Shown here one piece after another: positions 60,010 to 64,000 of a DNA stretch of 64,000 nt. Source of the DNA: Zygnema circumcarinatum SAG 698-1b. Its lineage: Eukaryota > Plantae > Zygnematophyceae. Below the pieces are notes generated by a model. It was not told the DNA's origin. It worked only from the letters and a program-made list of their open reading frames with translations, and did no database searches. The DNA lies in assembly GCA_037447605.1 (NCBI GenBank), contig CM074811.1, positions 1,054,001 to 1,118,000 on the forward strand. Reading direction: 5' to 3'. Positions within the stretch are counted from its first letter, which is position 1. Every line of letters begins with the position of its first letter. The position numbers and the translations under genes are program-made.

Positions 60010-63000
60010 ATGAGGCGTCCGTCGCGAGGAAATGGAAACATTTTCCACCTGCTGGAGGCGCGTTCCGTGGCGGATTCATGGGAGGTACAGAAATGTTTAT
60101 TTTTTATTAGCTGTCGCCTTACCGAATTTTTGCATCATTTACAGTGCAGGGACTCCCAGCACGCATGCATGGATGCACGTCATGTACGTGTTATGCTGGG
60201 TTATAGGGACTAGTGTGGCCTATAGACCTTGCTTTCAGAATCTAGAATTGGAGAAGATTTGAATTCGAGAAGAGAGCTTTAGAGGCGGGGCCATGGCTGG
60301 ACAGGTGCAGGCATCCCGGCAGCACCTCCAGTTCGGCCGAGCAGCGCAGGTGCATGCATCTCTTGTTCAGCGGCTGTGCCTGGATTCCGTCATGGAGGTG
60401 AGCCCTTAGATTTCCGTCGGATGTAGGGACCGTATTGTCGAGTCTGGGTGGTTAAAGTAGAGACGAGGAGCGGCGAGGAGAAGAGAGCACTGGAGTGGTA
60501 ATAGGAGGAGATTTGGAGACTGGGAGTGTTAAATATAAGGCCTAGGAGAATTTCAAATGTATAAAGGACAAAATCATGTAGACATGCCTGGCTTGAAAGA
60601 AGCATCGATGAAAAATGAAGAAGTAGGCTATTGTGAGATAGAAGGGAAAAAATTAGGGCTAGGGTTCGCATTGTCTGCAGAAAGGGAAGACGTGGGATGA
60701 GGTCTAGCATGCCTGGTTCGTGGATCGTGGTTGATTTTTTTCACGACACAGTAGTATAGGACAAAGACAATTGGCGAAATATTGTGTAATTGTGTAATTA
60801 GAAGAAAGCATATTGAAGAGATTTCAGGCGGCCTCTTCATTAAGGGATTGAGTATCGACAGGAACTGCCCCCAGTTCCCACCATAGCGTTTCAACACAAA
60901 GAGCAATTATAGAAGAAAGAGAATAAAAAACCGTTTGTTAGGAATGCGGTTTCAGAAACTCCAGAAAAATACTTGTCACTAACTTTAACAGTTCATCGCA
61001 TTTGGTAAAGAATGACCTTTTTAATCTTTCAATTCATTTCAAGGATGCAAGGAAATAGTCCTTGGAAAGACACAGACTTTTTGTGACAGTACACAAAAAG
61101 GGACTTGTTTGATGATAAGGCTGCAAGTGATTGCACTTTGCAGGGTCACACAGGCTGCGTAAATACCATTGCATGGAATAAGTCTGGCAGCCTTCTCGTA
61201 TCCGGCTCAGATGATACGCGGGTGAGCATGTAATTTGTTCTTTGAGCTTTTCCAGGGAGTCCGTATCACGGACAACCCTTTCATATAGCACAGCTTTAGT
61301 GAACTTCAAGCGTCTGAAAGCTTCTTTGCTTGGTATTCTGTGATTCGTCCCACAAGGCCTGCTGAACCTTTGTTGACAACTGCACTGGCTCAGGTGATAC
61401 TGTGGGATTATGCACAGCGCCGCATGCTTCACAGCATTGATACTGGACACACTCAGAACATTTTCTGCTCTAAGTTTCTCCCTGAGACTGGTGACAATAT
61501 GGTGGTTTCTGGTGCCGGCGATGGCGAGGTCAGTTTGCATATTTATCCTGGATAGTGACATCTGAATTATGGCTGCAATTGACATATCTGGTAGAAGAAT
61601 TATCTACAGTTCCTCTGCCGTTAAGTGCTATTGACTGCTTTGCAGTATCTTGGATTGTTGTCTATTTTCAAAGCTAGACTCTGCAATATCTTGAACTCAC
61701 GAATCGGTCAGTTTTTTGTACCAAGCGGAACTCACAGGGGAGCTGGGCACTTTTGGTGGATTTTGCAGGTTAGAGTGCATCATATGAGCAGGACTTCGAA
61801 GGACAAAGGGCGAGATGCACGTTGTTCTGAATGCACCACCGTGTTCACCTGCCATTTCCCACGTCGAGTGAAGAAGCTTGCAGTTAGTTTTCTTCCTGCT
61901 CCTCTCTTCCTCTTCCTCCTCCCCCCCCAAACCCCCCTTTCACACCCCCCCTTTCCCATGTATATTGATTCACGCTTTATGCCAAAACATTTAGGCTTTT
62001 TCATACTCCTCCTGCAAGGTTGTCCTTCATATCCTCCTGGCATATATAATATGCATTTGTGCAAGAAAAAGGTAATATATGCAGACTTTCTGATCATAGA
62101 ATAAGACGCTTGATCTTAACAAGTCAAAAGGAGCCATAACATGCTAACGTGCATGATGTGAATGCCATCAGATCAATTAACAAAGTACGGGGTGAGTGCA
62201 GGTAGAAGAGGGCAACCCCAATGTCGTATGGAGTGCCGGTGAAGATGGGACACTTCGCCAGCACGACTTGCGGCAGGAGGGATGTGGCGGGGAAGATTCA
62301 AGATGCCGTAGTATATTAGTAAGCTGCCTTCCTCCTGGATTGGACCTCCAGCTTACCAACACAAAACACTAATGTTAAGATACCTTAATTATAATCAATT
62401 AATTATTAATATAACCTGTTAATCTTTAGGTCTCATCGATTATGTTAAGTATAGCAGCCATTTCGCTGACGATGGAATTATGTGACCCGTATCCACCCAG
62501 TTTCAACCTATGACCAACACTTGTCTTCGTGTGACAGCTCGATTTGCGAGGAGCAGCAAAGCGATCATTGGTTGATGCCCCTCGACAGTGTTTAGCACTC
62601 AAAACATGTGCGATCAGTCCTACGTACCCATACTACTTGCTGGTCGGAGGAAGGTACTCTCCAGCCCTGTAACTGTACCTATAGTAACTCCAGATTTGTG
62701 CTATGGAAACGGACGAGCCCTCCCTATGCTGCACGCTGTTTTGGACAAGAAGAGTGAATGCCCCATTGTATGAATGCCTTCTCTTCCAGCGACCCCTTTG
62801 CTCGCCTTTACGATCGACGCATGCTGCCCAGCCCATCTTCTGTGAGACGTCAGCCCGCAGAGAAGCCCCCCCTCCCCGTTTGTTATCTTGCACCGGCTCA
62901 TCTATCGGAGAGTGTGAGTCCCTCACTCAACCATTCCCTTTTGATATTGTCAATTTGCCCGTCTATTATCACATTGTGGGTATCGGCCAATCTGCATCGC

Positions 63001-64000
63001 CTATGGCTGTTTTTGGTCACCCATTCCCATAGGAGGTCGTACATTTAACATAGGCAGAGGGGCAATCGTTTACAGACCCGGACTTGGTTACATCTCACAC
63101 ACGTGACGTTCAGTCCCGACGGCCGAGAGGCTCTTTTGAGTTACAGTAATGAGCACGTCTACCTCATGGATGCTTTTGCAGGTACGATTGTGCAGTCTCT
63201 CTTTCGTTAAGGCAATAGCCACAACTCATTTTGAATGTGTGGTGATAAGGATAGTAACGAGATGACCAAATGGTCTACCTTCCTTCCCTTTCCAGTTCCA
63301 TTGGTCGTGTCTTTTCTCTTCTGTGCGTAATTAGCTGTTATTCGAGTTTTGCAATCTGGGCGTTTCTCATCCATACAGCTATTGACTCCTCGCTGTTACA
63401 AGAAACTTTCTGTGCAGGTAGTGGTGGTGCGGTAGTGTACCGTGGCGATGAGCTGTCCCAGAGAGTGATGTTGCCTCCACTTCCGGAACAGGAGCATGAG
63501 AGGAGTTTCTTCATATCCAGCGGTAGCAGCAGCAGCAGTAGTACAAATCGCAGAAAGTGGGCCTATCAGCAGGAATGTGAGGAGCTTCTGAGTGAGGCGA
63601 AGGCAGGCTTGGAGGATGGTTCAGCCGGAAGTTTAGCTCATGCCATAGAATGTTGTGGGGAGGTTTTGGATGGTCGCCCAAGAGGATATGTAATTGAGCA
63701 AAAGCTGCGACATGAGTGTCTGTGCGTTCGTGCGGCCGCGCTAGTGCAGGTGAGCCCTTCCATCAGAAGGCATGAGAGAGAGAGAGAGAGAGAAAGAGAT
63801 AGAGAGAGAGTGTAACTGCAAGCACCTCATGCTTAGGTCATTTACAATATCATGCGTTACTATCATCGTCAATGCGTGCCAATGCGTTTGTAAGCACTGG
63901 TGATATTACTTGTGCATCATTAAGGCCAAATTCACAGCCTTACCCAGGTCTAGCAGAGGGTTAGATCTGTCTTGCTCCTTTTGGGGTACCCATTTAGATG
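60010..64000 (+). CDS. WD40 + TPR DDB1-CUL4-associated factor (ASG2/WDTC1-like), truncated by the window end
   Basis: GNIFHLLEARS..|..HASLVQRL..|GHTGCVNTIAWNKSGSLLVSGSDDTR, TGHTQNIF, RRVKKLA|VEEGNPNVVWSAGEDGTLRQHDLR, LVGGS|DPFARLYDRRM (DWD-type) and HLTHVTFSPDG, followed by a TPR-like start near 63600. Confidence 0.88.
63774..63811. repeat. (GA)n microsatellite just inside an ASG2-like intron
   Basis: GA dinucleotide run read directly. Confidence 0.9.

Overview
Eukaryotic nuclear DNA from the green lineage. Intron-rich GT-AG genes, plastid transit peptides, a GPA1-type G-alpha and an ASG2-like DCAF point to a streptophyte alga, but the species cannot be fixed from sequence alone. By manual splicing I can support 12 protein genes: NF-YC, TBCC, a large HNH + Myb + coiled-coil gene, PSRP6, NAA35/MAK10, a family-16 methyltransferase, G-alpha, STR6, two CURT1 paralogues, an ADP/ATP carrier and PPL1. 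The 5' part of an ASG2/WDTC1-like gene is also present, and most genes sit in head-to-head pairs. I found no tRNA, rRNA, snRNA, CRISPR array or intact transposon by eye. Three observations stand out. (1) A ~2,000-aa protein carries a DH-x13-N-x8-N-x2-K nuclease motif, the same spacing as the SpCas9 HNH domain, spliced in frame to a TRF/SANT-type Myb domain. (2) The G-alpha naturally has the switch-I Gly->Ser change known as the RGS-insensitivity mutation, plus an extended C-terminus. (3) At 16-19 kb a decayed NAA35 5' duplicate, a templated filler and a captured promoter/ATG/intron form a candidate chimeric antisense gene. All gene models are manual and need RNA-seq and homology confirmation.
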